Shown in pieces: positions 1-9,852 of a stretch of DNA of 64,000 nt. The translations under genes and the position numbers were made by a program. The stretch is from Alphaproteobacteria bacterium (GTDB taxonomy: Bacteria; Pseudomonadota; Alphaproteobacteria; Caulobacterales; Aquidulcibacteraceae): contig JANNOI010000004.1 of NCBI GenBank assembly GCA_031398975.1, positions 7,961-71,960 on the forward strand. The letters run 5' to 3'. The notes under the pieces are model-generated. The model was not told the DNA's origin. It worked only from the letters and a program-made list of their open reading frames with translations, and did not search any database. The stretch's first letter is position 1. The number at the start of each line of letters is the position of its first letter.

Positions 1-1190
1 CAGAGCAGCACATTGCGACCTGGCTCCAGCCTCAGGTCTTCTTGTGCGAGGATGGCGCGGCCGTCAGGGGTGGTGAGCGCGAGCGCGCGGGTCTCTAGCA
101 CGCCCGAGACCGAATGGGCCACTTTAACGCCCCCCGCCCGGGTCGACGCCGCCTTAATCACCGCCTGCAGATCGAGCAGCCGGTCCATCCGCGCGCGCAC
201 CTTTGTGATGTGCTCGTAAAAAATGAGGAACCATGCGGCGGCACCAATGAACTGGCCCATGGCCATGCCGAGCTGGGTCAGCTGCCCCAAGCTTATCGCG
301 CCAGAGAGATAGAACGGCGACATCGCCGCCATAATCCCTGTGCTGGCAACCGGGCCAATCCCAATCGCCTGAACGAGGTCTGAGCGGGCCGTATATTTGC
401 GCACCTTGCGCCAATTCTCGCCGATCTCGTCCAGATGCCGTCCGACGGCAGCTTGCTCAGCCGTCGTGGCCCGCCCCAGCACGACCTGCTCCACATTCTC
501 CCGCACGCGCAAAAGCCGGTTGCGCAGCGCGGCGCTGCGCGTCTCGCTCTCGCGATAGGCCGCGGTCAACGGGCCGGCGACGACACGCATCACCCAGGTC
601 GCGATCACCACATAGAGGATGGCCGCCACCGGCATGTAGCCTTTGAAGCCGCCCAGCCAGATGGGCAGCGCCGGCGCCGCCTCCCAAAGAATCGCGGCAG
701 ACACGATAAGCACGCTGACATAGCCGCAAAACGACACGAAGAGCGTCAGCGACTCTTCCGGGGCCAGGCGGCAATCCTCCTCGATGCGCTGGTCCGGGTG
801 GGAGATCAGGCCCTCGCGTTCGATGATGTAGGGCGTGCGACCCTGCAAAAACCCGCCGGCGAGTTGGGCCGTCAACGCTTTGCGCCACCCGAACGTGGCT
901 GCAAGTCGCAAATGGGAGCGTGCAAAGCCGACCAGGCAATTAAGAAGAATGGCGCCGACCAGGATCAGCACGCCGGTCATGATTCCGGATCCGCTCCTTG
1001 CGGCAAGCCCGTCCATGAAGACGCGGTTGGCGTAACTGACCGCACCGGTCACTAGACCCACGGTCAGCGCCGCCAGCGTCAGCAAAATCAGCAACGGGCG
1101 CGCGCGCGATCCGCTTTCACCGGACCAATAAGGGGCCAGCAGGCGCCACAATTCCTGGACGAACGCCTGCGTCGATCGAAGCGCGTGCAT
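1..1190 (-). CDS. ABC transporter, fused permease/ATPase of the YddA / SbmA-BacA-like (ABC_membrane_2) type; 3' end runs off the window
   Basis: Absent from the ORF track because it is open at the window edge. My translation from the ATG (complement of 1188-1190) gives MHALRSTQAFVQELWRLLAPYWSGES..., several TM helices, the family-typical ...HPDQRIEEDCRL... motif and the start of the ATPase domain (...TTPDGRAILAQEDLRLEPGRNVLL). Confidence 0.7.
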   Translation of the reverse strand, partial: MHALRSTQAFVQELWRLLAPYWSGESGSRARPLLILLTLAALTVGLVTGAVSYANRVFMDGLAARSGSGIMTGVLILVGAILLNCLVGFARSHLRLAATFGWRKALTAQLAGGFLQGRTPYIIEREGLISHPDQRIEEDCRLAPEESLTLFVSFCGYVSVLIVSAAILWEAAPALPIWLGGFKGYMPVAAILYVVIATWVMRVVAGPLTAAYRESETRSAALRNRLLRVRENVEQVVLGRATTAEQAAVGRHLDEIGENWRKVRKYTARSDLVQAIGIGPVASTGIMAAMSPFYLSGAISLGQLTQLGMAMGQFIGAAAWFLIFYEHITKVRARMDRLLDLQAVIKAASTRAGGVKVAHSVSGVLETRALALTTPDGRAILAQEDLRLEPGRNVLL

Positions 1191-1218
1191 GCTGGGCCTC
1201 ATTCCTGCGCGCAATTGC

Positions 1219-3306
1219 TCACCACGCCGTCGGCGCAAGGCGATCGCCCCGGCCCCAGCCGAGATCCTCGCGGGCCGCCCGCCGACGACTGGCGCGCAGC
1301 GCCACCACCCGGCCCCAGGCCGTCTCCGGCAGGCCATACCGTTCGACGATCCAGCCGACCTCCTCTCCGAGCGCCCAATAGGCGAACCAGTCAATCTCGC
1401 GACCGTCGGATTCGATGTTCAGGCGCGGTTCGGTGATTCCGTGATTGGTCCGCGCATAGAGCGCAAGCTCGCTCGGCACGTCGAAATGGCGGAGCGCCTG
1501 AAACCATCCGCCGATCCGCTGCGACGAGGGGGAAAGCGCTCCATTCTGCATTAGGATCGGCGTAGCGACGCGGCGTACGTAATGCATCGGCGATTGCGTG
1601 AGCAGGAAGCGCCAGCGCTCCGGGTCGTGAGGATTGTCTATGCCGTAATGCCTCCATGGGCGCTCGACCTCGGGTACGTTTACTCCGGCCAATGCGTCAT
1701 AGACGTGCAGCGGCGGGCCGGCAGCGTCGGCCATCGAGATGCAGCGAAACCGGTCCGTCTGGGTGGCGCAATAGGCCGCGACGGCGCCGCCGAAGCTGAA
1801 GCCCATCAGGCCCGCCCGCCCCTCCGCGCCGAGGCCATAGCGCGCCTCCATCACATCGAGCGCGGAGAGCACGTCGTTCAGGCTCTGCGTCGCCCAGCCC
1901 TCGCGCAGCGCGTTCCATAAAGAAGGCCCGCCGCCGGCCCGTCCCGCCGTGTTCGGGATGAACACCGCCGCGCCCGCCGCCGCCAGGGCGCGCGCGGGGA
2001 ATTTGAGGTCGCGGTCCAGGTTGGCATAGGGCCGCACTGCATTGGGCCCGCCCAACACGCACAGCACGAGCGGGCGCAGCGGGTGCAAGGCTTCCTCCGG
2101 GGGTCGCACCAGCAGCCCGGCCGCCTCGTACCCGTTGGGGCTGTCCCAGGTCACGCGCTCCACGCGCAGATTAGCGCTCCCCACAGTCGGCAGCGCCGCG
2201 ACCGCGCGGGGCCGCGCAAGGCCCCCGGTCCGCGCCGTCTCGATCACCGGCGGCGAGGCGAGCGAGGACCGCGCATAGGCCGCATGCGCCCCGTTGCGGC
2301 TGACGGCGAAATGGTGCGCGCCCTCGACCGGGCCCTCCCGCAGGATCTTCGCCGCCCCGGTCTCGGGGTCGATCTCCACCAGATCCAGCCCGACATTGCC
2401 GATCCGCAGCGCCAGCACGCCGCCCAGATCCGCCGTGTCGCCGAACACGGCGATGCTGCCCCACCGCGACCCCTCGTTCGGCGCGGCGAACGGGCGCGCG
2501 CACACGCGATACACATCGTCGGAGCGATAAAACACCCGCTGCCCATCGAGCGACCAGCCCGCATTGCGCACAAAGCGCCCGTCTGTCTGCAGCCGCTGGG
2601 GGCCACTTGTCGCGTCGTCGAGAACGTAAACGGACTCGAACGCGTTCTGGTGCTCCGCCGGCGGAGCACCCACGACGAGCAGCGCGTCCCCGGAAGCGGC
2701 GCACACGACATCATTGAGGAACAGCCCGCCTGTCTCCCAGACCTCCACCTGATCCGCATGCGGGCTGAACCGCACCAGGCGCGAGGGGATGGGCTCCTTT
2801 TTGCCATGCCGCCAATGCGGCGCGACGAGCACGCTGTCCGGCTCCGGCGGCGCCTCTCCCGCTAGCACGACCGCCAGCGCGGCGCTATCGGGAGTCCAGT
2901 CGAACGCGGCGGTGGCTCCTTTCAAAGGCAGCGCGCGCACGCTTTGATCGGAGGCTCCCGGCCGCTCCAGGAGAAACAGCGTTGGCTGGCTGCCGGCGTC
3001 GGAGGCGAGAAAAGCGATGGCTCCTCCGTCCGGCGCGAGGCGGAGCTCGCGCACCAGCGCGTTTTCGGGCGGTAGGGTATAGATCGCGCGCGCGCTTTCG
3101 CCCGGCTGCGCAAACCAGATCACGTTGTGCGTGACATTCGTTTCCGCCTCGTCAGTCAGGACAAGGAAGGCCACCGCGCCCTCGTTCGAGACGCCGAGGC
3201 CGCCATCACTGTACCCGCCCGCCGTGCTCATATACGGCTCGCGCCGATACTCCCTGCTCGCGGCGCGCGCGGCTTGCGCGAAGGAAAGCGGTTCCGGATC
3301 GATCAT
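1219..3306 (-). CDS. S9 family serine peptidase (prolyl oligopeptidase / acylaminoacyl-peptidase type) with N-terminal beta-propeller
   Basis: 695-aa ORF. C-terminal alpha/beta-hydrolase domain with nucleophile elbow GFSFGG and a downstream NHG histidine region; N-terminal repeats look propeller-like. Confidence 0.8.
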   Translation of the reverse strand: MIDPEPLSFAQAARAASREYRREPYMSTAGGYSDGGLGVSNEGAVAFLVLTDEAETNVTHNVIWFAQPGESARAIYTLPPENALVRELRLAPDGGAIAFLASDAGSQPTLFLLERPGASDQSVRALPLKGATAAFDWTPDSAALAVVLAGEAPPEPDSVLVAPHWRHGKKEPIPSRLVRFSPHADQVEVWETGGLFLNDVVCAASGDALLVVGAPPAEHQNAFESVYVLDDATSGPQRLQTDGRFVRNAGWSLDGQRVFYRSDDVYRVCARPFAAPNEGSRWGSIAVFGDTADLGGVLALRIGNVGLDLVEIDPETGAAKILREGPVEGAHHFAVSRNGAHAAYARSSLASPPVIETARTGGLARPRAVAALPTVGSANLRVERVTWDSPNGYEAAGLLVRPPEEALHPLRPLVLCVLGGPNAVRPYANLDRDLKFPARALAAAGAAVFIPNTAGRAGGGPSLWNALREGWATQSLNDVLSALDVMEARYGLGAEGRAGLMGFSFGGAVAAYCATQTDRFRCISMADAAGPPLHVYDALAGVNVPEVERPWRHYGIDNPHDPERWRFLLTQSPMHYVRRVATPILMQNGALSPSSQRIGGWFQALRHFDVPSELALYARTNHGITEPRLNIESDGREIDWFAYWALGEEVGWIVERYGLPETAWGRVVALRASRRRAAREDLGWGRGDRLAPTAW

Positions 3307-3513
3307 GCGTGGGCCTCACGCGCGGGGCGCTACGGCAGCGCCGCCCTGGGGCCCGCTTATCGTGAGATGTAAGACCCCGCCCCCACTGCTTTCGCACCCC
3401 GATAAAAAGCGCTTTGAGGGATTCTGGCGGGCCGCGCGCGGCAGGCGTGCAACGTCCGCCCCGCGCGCGATTAAGCGCAGCAGAAACAGGCCTCAACGGG
3501 AGAGCACGGCGCT

Positions 3514-4110
3514 TTAGCGCGCCAGCGCGCCGGCGGCTTCCTGGGCCAAGCGCTCGTCGAAGGTGCGCGCGCCGATCGCGATCTGTTTTTCAACCGTCTT
3601 GACGGTGACGCCCTGGCGCGCGGCGATTTCAATGTGGGTCAGATTATGGATGCGGTGCAGCACCAGCGCCTCCGCGCGCCGCTTGGGCAGCGTGCCCGCA
3701 TAGGCGAAGATTTCGGCGATGGCGTCACGCCAGATCAGCATCTGCTCCGGCGTCGGGCCTTCATCGACGGAGATATAGTTCGAGGCCGCGGGTTCGATCT
3801 CGAGCCCGCCCTTCCGCCGCGAGTAGCGCTTTCTGTAGAGATCCGCCGAGACGAAGCGCGCCACCCGGAACAGCATCGCGATCGGGCGTTCCACCAGCAG
3901 CATCGGCTCGACGCTGACCAAGCGCATGAAGACCTCTTGCACGAGATCCTCGCAGGTTTCGGTGTTGTGCCCCCGGCGGCGAAAGCAACGCCGCAGGACG
4001 TCCGCGTGCGAGCGATAGAGCGCATCGATCCGCCTCGCATGATCCTTCGCCGCGTTCGTGGAGCCGACTTTGCCCGCCCGCGTCGCAGCCCCCGCCGTCT
4101 CCTGCGTCAT
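3514..4110 (-). CDS. ECF-type RNA polymerase sigma-70 factor
   Basis: Region 2 (DLVQEVFMRLV) and region 4 HTH (LTHIEIAARQGVTVKTVEKQIAIG). Start trimmed to the in-frame ATG at 4110 (MTQETAG...); the track ORF extends to 4176. Confidence 0.8.
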   Translation of the reverse strand: MTQETAGAATRAGKVGSTNAAKDHARRIDALYRSHADVLRRCFRRRGHNTETCEDLVQEVFMRLVSVEPMLLVERPIAMLFRVARFVSADLYRKRYSRRKGGLEIEPAASNYISVDEGPTPEQMLIWRDAIAEIFAYAGTLPKRRAEALVLHRIHNLTHIEIAARQGVTVKTVEKQIAIGARTFDERLAQEAAGALAR

Positions 4111-4284
4111 GTTTCGCCCCCGGTTGCACCCACGCACCGGGATTATTTGTTTCGTGAACCCGGCGCATTCTGTCAATCATGAATCCGTCGAACGGCAATC
4201 CGATGCACAGCCGCCTGCGACTGGGGGATGGGCCCCGCACAGCGCGATACGCGCGCCGCGCTCCGGCCGGCTCAGGAAATTTGA

Positions 4285-5049
4285 ATGCATAACCGTGACT
4301 TGATCGAGGGGGCGCAAGCGATCTTTCTGGACTGGGACGGATGCGTCTTCGAGGGCGGATCGTTCAAGCCGGGCGCGGTGGATTTCATGCGCGCCTACCG
4401 CGAACGCATTTCGATCGTGTCCAACGCCTCGGCCTTCACCGCCCACCAATTGGCCCGCGCCATGGCCCGCGTCGGCGCGCCGATCCCGGCGGAGCGGATT
4501 TTCCTGGCCGGAGAAGTCGCCCTGGCGCTGGCGGCCGAGCGTTGGAGAAAGCGGCCGGTGCTGGTGGTGGGGGCGGGGCCGATGCGGCGGCTAGCGCAGC
4601 GACGCGGCGTCACGCTCGCGGGGCGCGACGCCCAGGCGGTAGTGCTGCTGCGCGATCCCGGTTTCACCTACGCAAAGCTCATGGCCGCGGCCAATATCGT
4701 GCGCGCGGGCGCGCCGCTGATCGTGGCCAATCCCGACCTCACCCACCCGGCCGGCGGCGGCGTCATGCCGGAGACGGGAGCGCTGCTTGCCGCGCTCGCG
4801 GCCTGTACCGATCTCGACGCGGCCGACGTCACCGTGGTCGGCAAGCCCAGCCGGTTCCTGTTCGAACGGGCGTTGGCGCAGGCGGGCTGCCGCCCCGATC
4901 ACGCTTTGATGATCGGGGACAATCCGCGCACCGACATCGAGGGCGCGCGCCGCCTGGGCTTGCGCGGCATGCTGCTGGACGCGGCCGCCAATATCAGCCT
5001 CGAAACCCTGCTCCGCCCGCCTGCCCGGCGCACGTCGGCGGCGGCGTGA
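4285..5049 (+). CDS. HAD-superfamily hydrolase, subfamily IIA (NagD-like sugar-phosphatase type)
   Basis: HAD motifs: DWDGCVF (motif I), NPDLTHP, GKP, and IGDNPRTDIEGA (motif IV). Confidence 0.75.
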   Translation: MHNRDLIEGAQAIFLDWDGCVFEGGSFKPGAVDFMRAYRERISIVSNASAFTAHQLARAMARVGAPIPAERIFLAGEVALALAAERWRKRPVLVVGAGPMRRLAQRRGVTLAGRDAQAVVLLRDPGFTYAKLMAAANIVRAGAPLIVANPDLTHPAGGGVMPETGALLAALAACTDLDAADVTVVGKPSRFLFERALAQAGCRPDHALMIGDNPRTDIEGARRLGLRGMLLDAAANISLETLLRPPARRTSAAA

Positions 5050-5053
5050 AGGC

Positions 5054-5947
5054 TCAGAACCGCTTGACCGAGAGCACGTCGAACGTCTGGCGGATGGTGG
5101 AGACCGAGCGGTCGTAATCGGACAGCGCAAGCGATGCAATCAGCGCGTCCACGATCGACAATTGCGCGATCCGGCTGGTCATCGCCTCGGTGCGGAACTT
5201 GGTTTCCCGCGCCATTGTCTCCAGCACCACGTCGGTATAGCGCTGGATCGGAGATTTGCCGAAATTGGTGATGCAGATCGTCTTGGCGCCGGCCTCCTTG
5301 GCGAGCCGTGTGGCGGTCACAGTTTCGTGGGTGGCGCCGGAATGGGAGACGGTGACGACCGCGACCTCCGGCCCGGTCAAGGCCGCGGAGATGGCCTGCT
5401 TGTGGCTATCGACCTCGACGGTGGCGAGGATGCCGATGCGGCGCAGGCGGTATTGGGCGTCCTCCGCGATCGGGGCGGCCGAACCGATGCCGTACAATTC
5501 CACCCGCTTGGCCGCCAGGATCAGATCGCGCGCCTCCGCGAGCTTCTCGGGCTTGAGCACCTGCAAAGTGTCGCGCAGGGCCTGGATGTTCGCGTGAAAC
5601 ACCTTCTCGATCACCACGGCGACGGCGTCGTCCCGGTTCAAATCCTCCTGGATGAACTGGACGGGCTGAACAATGTCCTGGGCCAGCGACATCTTGATCT
5701 GCTGGAAGCCTGTGGCGCCGATCTGCTTGCAAACCTTGGTTACCGCGGACTCGCTCACCCCCACATTGTCCGCGAGCTCGGTGATGGACATCCGCACCAC
5801 TTCCTCGCGATTGGAGAGCACAAAATCCACGATCCGCCGGCTGGTGGGCGAAAGGGTGCCGCGCGCGGACTGCATGATCGAGGCGATGTTTTCGATCGGG
5901 GCTCCAAAGGTGCGCCGTTCCGTTTTAAGCTCTCGTCCTTCGTCCAT
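5054..5947 (-). CDS. MurR/RpiR family transcriptional regulator (HTH_6 + SIS domain)
   Basis: The C-terminal 297 aa of track ORF 5054..6481 carry the HTH (ITELADNVGVSESAVTKVCKQIGATGFQQIK) and a SIS domain. The upstream 178 codons are Arg/Pro-rich junk, so the start is set at ATG 5947 (MDEGRELK...). Confidence 0.85.
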   Translation of the reverse strand: MDEGRELKTERRTFGAPIENIASIMQSARGTLSPTSRRIVDFVLSNREEVVRMSITELADNVGVSESAVTKVCKQIGATGFQQIKMSLAQDIVQPVQFIQEDLNRDDAVAVVIEKVFHANIQALRDTLQVLKPEKLAEARDLILAAKRVELYGIGSAAPIAEDAQYRLRRIGILATVEVDSHKQAISAALTGPEVAVVTVSHSGATHETVTATRLAKEAGAKTICITNFGKSPIQRYTDVVLETMARETKFRTEAMTSRIAQLSIVDALIASLALSDYDRSVSTIRQTFDVLSVKRF

Positions 5948-6105
5948 CGCCGCGCCGCCCCATCCTTTTGCTTGCGCGCGGACCCTAATACTCCCCCTCG
6001 CGCTGCGCCAGAGCAGGCTGGGCGGGACCGCGCGCGGCCGGCGGCCCCGTGCGCGCGTCAGGATGTGTCCAGGGATTGGTTCAGGCGCTGTGGGGGAGAC
6101 CGTCC

Positions 6106-6885
6106 ATGCTGATCGCGCAGATTTCGGACTGCCATGTGGTCGAGCCTGGCCGCCACGCCTATGGGCGGGTGGATACCGGGGCGTGCCTCGAGGCGGCGGT
6201 GGCGGCGCTGAACGCGCTTCCGGCGCAGCCCGATCTGGTGCTGGCGACCGGCGATCTGGTGCAGCAGGGCGCGCCGGGGGAGTATCGCCGCTTCCGCGCG
6301 ATAACCGAGCGGCTGCGCGCGCCGCTTTTTGTGCTCGCCGGCAATCACGATGCGCGCGGAGCGCTCGCGGAGGCGGTCGGCCCCGCCCTCCCCGGGGACG
6401 GGTTTTTCCATTACGCGATCGAGCATTTTCCGGTGCGCGTGCTGGCGCTCGATACCGTGACCCCGGGCAGCGACGAGCCAAGCTTTTGCGCCGGCCGGCT
6501 GGACTGGCTGCGCGCGCGCCTGGAGGAGGATCCCCGCCCGACCGTGCTGGGCCTCCATCATCCCCCGTTCGCGGGGCCGGTGGGATGGATCAATGCGCGC
6601 GATCCGGCGTGGGCTTCCCCGCTGGAGGGGCTGGTGCGGGCCTACCCCCATGTCCGGGCGGCGGTGTGCGGCCACGTGCACCGCGCCGGCGCCACGCTCT
6701 GGGCCGGGATCCAGGCCACGACCGCACCCTCCACCGCCCATCAGCTCTACCCGGATTTCACCCCCGGCGCGCCCGCGCAGATCAGTCTGGAGGCGCCCGG
6801 GTTCCAGGTGCATGCGTGGAGCGGGGACGCGCTGGTCACCCTCACGATCGCCCTGCCCGGCCTGCACACCGCGTTCGCGCCATAG
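6106..6885 (+). CDS. Metallophosphoesterase, GpdQ/CpdA-like phosphodiesterase
   Basis: MLIAQISDCH..., GDLV..G, GNHD, GLHHPP and GHVHR are the calcineurin-like metal-binding motifs. The N-terminus resembles Enterobacter GpdQ. Start set at ATG 6106. Confidence 0.75.
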   Translation: MLIAQISDCHVVEPGRHAYGRVDTGACLEAAVAALNALPAQPDLVLATGDLVQQGAPGEYRRFRAITERLRAPLFVLAGNHDARGALAEAVGPALPGDGFFHYAIEHFPVRVLALDTVTPGSDEPSFCAGRLDWLRARLEEDPRPTVLGLHHPPFAGPVGWINARDPAWASPLEGLVRAYPHVRAAVCGHVHRAGATLWAGIQATTAPSTAHQLYPDFTPGAPAQISLEAPGFQVHAWSGDALVTLTIALPGLHTAFAP

Positions 6886-6954
6886 AGCCGTTCCCGAAAC
6901 GGGGTGCGCGGTTTTGGACGAGAACGGCGCTAAACTTCAAGTGTGGAGCGAACC

Positions 6955-9711
6955 TCACCCGTCCAGAAAACCCATCCGCTCGGCGAGCACGACGGCCACG
7001 CGCCAATCGCTGACCTCCCACCTTTGGAACAGCCGCTTAAGGTAGAATTTCGCCGTGTTTTCGGACAGGTTGAGCGCGCGGGCGGCGTCGGCGCGCGCGC
7101 CTTCGCTTCGCAGCGCCTGCAACAGCGCGATCTCCTCGCGCGGGGGCGGGGCGAGCGGGGGCTCGTTCTCGAACGCGCGCGCCCGGATCACGAAATCGGC
7201 CAGCGGCGCCAAGAGCTTGTGGTCGCGGTCCGCGCCGACGAGGCGCGCGCCGTAGCGGGCCGCCAGCAGCCTGCTCTCCGCGCCCGTTTCCAGCAGGGCC
7301 GCTACACCCGTCCCGTGCGCGAACTCCCCGTGCGCGAGTTCGAAGGCGAGCGCAAAGGCGTCGATCCCAGCCTCGATGGAGCCGGAGGCTGCGAGAATCT
7401 GGCCCGTCAGGGCGTGGGTGCGCACCGCGTCGCGCCGGGTGGGCGCCGCCACTTTTGCGAGACGTGCGAGGCCGGCCTCGAAATCCCCCCGCGCCGCCTC
7501 GATCCGCGCCAGCGCCGCCGCGCACGCGGGCTCGTGGGGCGCCGCGCCGACGCCGGCGGCGGCGCACAGGCGCTCCGCCAAGTCCCCGTCGCCGTCGCGC
7601 GCGGCAAGGATAGCCGCTTCCGCGCCCAGACCCCGCGCCAGCCGGGCCATGCCCCGCCCCAGCGCCCAGCGCCGGCGTCCCTCCAGCGCCGCCAAGGCTT
7701 GCCCCAGCCCTTCCGCCCGGCGCACCCGCCACGCGATCGCGCGCCCGTCCGCGAGCGCAAATTCGGTGGTCAAGCCGCCGAGGAGGGGGGGCAGGGTCGT
7801 GTCGTTTTCCGGGGCGGCGGCGGGCGCGCCGGCCTCGTGGCGAAGCGCACGGCCGAGAGCGGCCGCGCTCGGGGCGAGCGCGGTGCGGTCGATATCGGCG
7901 AGCTTGACCGCCATCGCCGCCGACAGCGCGGCCTGCGCCGCCCCCAGGTCGAGATCGGCGAGCGCAAGCACGCCTTCGGACAGGAGCAGGCCCGCCTGCT
8001 CGACCCCGTCCTCCCCGCCCGGGGCTTCCACGGGATCGGTGAGCACGGCCCGCAGCGTGGTCCGCGCCTGGCTGAGCGCCCCGTTGCGCAGCCTTTGCAC
8101 CGCCAGCGCATAGCCCGCCATCCGCGCCGCCCAGGGCGGACCGGTGCGCCCGGCGAGACGCTCGAGCGCGGCGCATTCGCCGTCCGGCAGGATCTCGTCG
8201 AACAGGCCCGCCGAGAGCCCCGCCCAGACCTGGGCGTCGGCGAGGGCGTCGGCGCGGGCGGCGGGCGGGCTCGCTTCGGCGCGGGCGGCCAGCGCCTCCC
8301 CGGCCGCGCGCGCCTCGGCGCGGGCGTCGGTGCGCCCGGCGATGAAGGCGTCATAGGCGCGCACCGCGCGGAGCCGCGGGGCGCGCGCGAAGGCGGCGTC
8401 GGCCATTCCCGCCAGGCGCAGGCCGAATTCCCGATGGGCCCCGAAGCGCCACAAGTCCCCGGAGGATGCCGCCTCCAACAGCGCCAGCGGCGGGGCGAGC
8501 GGATCGAGCGCGCGCGCCTGGTCGAGCGCCTCGGTAAACCGTCCCGCGCGCGCCAGCAGCGTCGCCGCGCGCTCGCGCAGGGCGCGCCGGCGCTGGACGG
8601 GCAATTGCTCGAACCGGACGGCGAGGAAATCCTCGAACAGCGGATGGCGGCGCATGCCGCCCGCGCCCGGCGCGGGTACGGAGACGAACGCGTTCAGCCT
8701 CTCCAGTTCGGCCAGGCGCTGGGCGCTGTCGGTCCGGTCGGCCACCCAATCGGCGGCGTCGGGCTCCAGCACGCTCAAGATGGCGGTTTCGGTGAGGAAG
8801 GTCTGTAGCGCGGGGTCGAGATCGTCGAACACCTCTTCGGCGAGATAGGCCCGGATCTGCTCGGCGCTGCCATGGACGAAGCCCAGGACGTCGCTTTCGG
8901 GCCCGTGCTTTTCGAGCCACAGACGCGCCAATTGCAACGCCGCCGGCCACCCTTCAGTCTTGGCGAGGATGGTTTCGAGCGTCTGGCCCGCGATCGCGCC
9001 GCTGAACAGCGCGCGCGCCTCGGTCCGGGAGAAGCTGAGCGCCGGCGTCAGGATTTCGGTCAGCTCGCCGCGCCCAACGAGGGCCGCGAGCCCGATGGCG
9101 GGGCGCACCCGCGTGGCGATCGCTATGTGCACATGGGCGGGGCCGTTTTTCAGTATATGGCGCACCAGCGCGTCGGTATGGGCGCTCATGCCGGCCTGGT
9201 AATCATCGAGGGCGATGAAGACGGGCCGATCCGCCCCGGCCAGCGCTTCGATCAGGCCCGCGCCCTCGGGGGCGGGCGCGCCGGCGGCGCGCAGAGCAGC
9301 CAGCAACGTCTGCGCCAGCGCCCCGTCCTCGCGCTCGCGCGCATCGAGGGTGGCCCACAGCCGCAGCACGCCCTCCGATTCGAGGTCTCGCCAGATCTGG
9401 GTGAGCAGCGTCGTTTTGCCGTAGCCGGCCGGCGCGCGCAGCAGGGTGGCGCGCCGGTCCCGCCAGCCGTCGAACTCGGCGGCGGCCGCGCGCCGGATTA
9501 GGCTGACCCGCCCGGTGGAAGGCGGCGCAAGCTTGGCGGCGGGCCCCGCCTGCGGCGCGCGCCCGGAGGCTGCGGCCTCCTTCAGGGCCAAAGTGGTCTT
9601 GCCCAGCGCCGTCTGCGCGGGCGCCCGCTCCGCTTCCGACATGCTCCGCTCCATCCCCCGACCGTCCTTGCACCCGATGGAGCGCAGACGCCGCCATTCA
9701 TCTGCCCACAC
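6955..9711 (-). CDS. Large ATP-binding LuxR-family regulator (LAL / MalT-like)
   Basis: 918-aa ORF. N-terminal P-loop (APAGYGKTTLLTQ), a long helical/TPR-like middle, and a C-terminal LuxR HTH (AARALNLSENTAKFYLKRLFQRWEVSD). The true start may be ATG 9654 (MERSMSE...). Confidence 0.8.
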   Translation of the reverse strand: MWADEWRRLRSIGCKDGRGMERSMSEAERAPAQTALGKTTLALKEAAASGRAPQAGPAAKLAPPSTGRVSLIRRAAAAEFDGWRDRRATLLRAPAGYGKTTLLTQIWRDLESEGVLRLWATLDAREREDGALAQTLLAALRAAGAPAPEGAGLIEALAGADRPVFIALDDYQAGMSAHTDALVRHILKNGPAHVHIAIATRVRPAIGLAALVGRGELTEILTPALSFSRTEARALFSGAIAGQTLETILAKTEGWPAALQLARLWLEKHGPESDVLGFVHGSAEQIRAYLAEEVFDDLDPALQTFLTETAILSVLEPDAADWVADRTDSAQRLAELERLNAFVSVPAPGAGGMRRHPLFEDFLAVRFEQLPVQRRRALRERAATLLARAGRFTEALDQARALDPLAPPLALLEAASSGDLWRFGAHREFGLRLAGMADAAFARAPRLRAVRAYDAFIAGRTDARAEARAAGEALAARAEASPPAARADALADAQVWAGLSAGLFDEILPDGECAALERLAGRTGPPWAARMAGYALAVQRLRNGALSQARTTLRAVLTDPVEAPGGEDGVEQAGLLLSEGVLALADLDLGAAQAALSAAMAVKLADIDRTALAPSAAALGRALRHEAGAPAAAPENDTTLPPLLGGLTTEFALADGRAIAWRVRRAEGLGQALAALEGRRRWALGRGMARLARGLGAEAAILAARDGDGDLAERLCAAAGVGAAPHEPACAAALARIEAARGDFEAGLARLAKVAAPTRRDAVRTHALTGQILAASGSIEAGIDAFALAFELAHGEFAHGTGVAALLETGAESRLLAARYGARLVGADRDHKLLAPLADFVIRARAFENEPPLAPPPREEIALLQALRSEGARADAARALNLSENTAKFYLKRLFQRWEVSDWRVAVVLAERMGFLDG

Positions 9712-9852
9712 CCGGGCCGCTTATAGCAAGAGAGCGCCTTTTAGACTACCCGTGGAGCCGCAGGTCGTGGTCTCGCGCACAAGTTCTCGTTACGCTAGAG
9801 TAAGGACCGACATGCCAAGGATGCCGGGGGGAGCCTTGGATCAGGAGCGCGG

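Noticed and set aside
435-1055. 206-aa plus-strand ORF and 457..939 minus-strand off-frame ORF at the window start
   Set aside because: Both overlap the edge-truncated ABC transporter gene, which has clear TM helices and the PDQRI.ED motif in a different frame.
5673-7013. 446-aa ORF, plus the N-terminal 178 codons of track ORF 5054..6481
   Set aside because: Arg/Pro-rich junk spanning the RpiR/GpdQ divergent region. The real genes start at 5947 (-) and 6106 (+).
6943-8808. 621-aa plus-strand ORF, together with 7037..8176, 7376..8113, 7770..8354 and 8351..8950, overlapping the LuxR/MalT-type gene
   Set aside because: The translations are Arg/Gly/Pro/Ala low-complexity with no motifs. They are antisense or off-frame shadows of a clearly motif-bearing 918-aa gene in GC-rich DNA.
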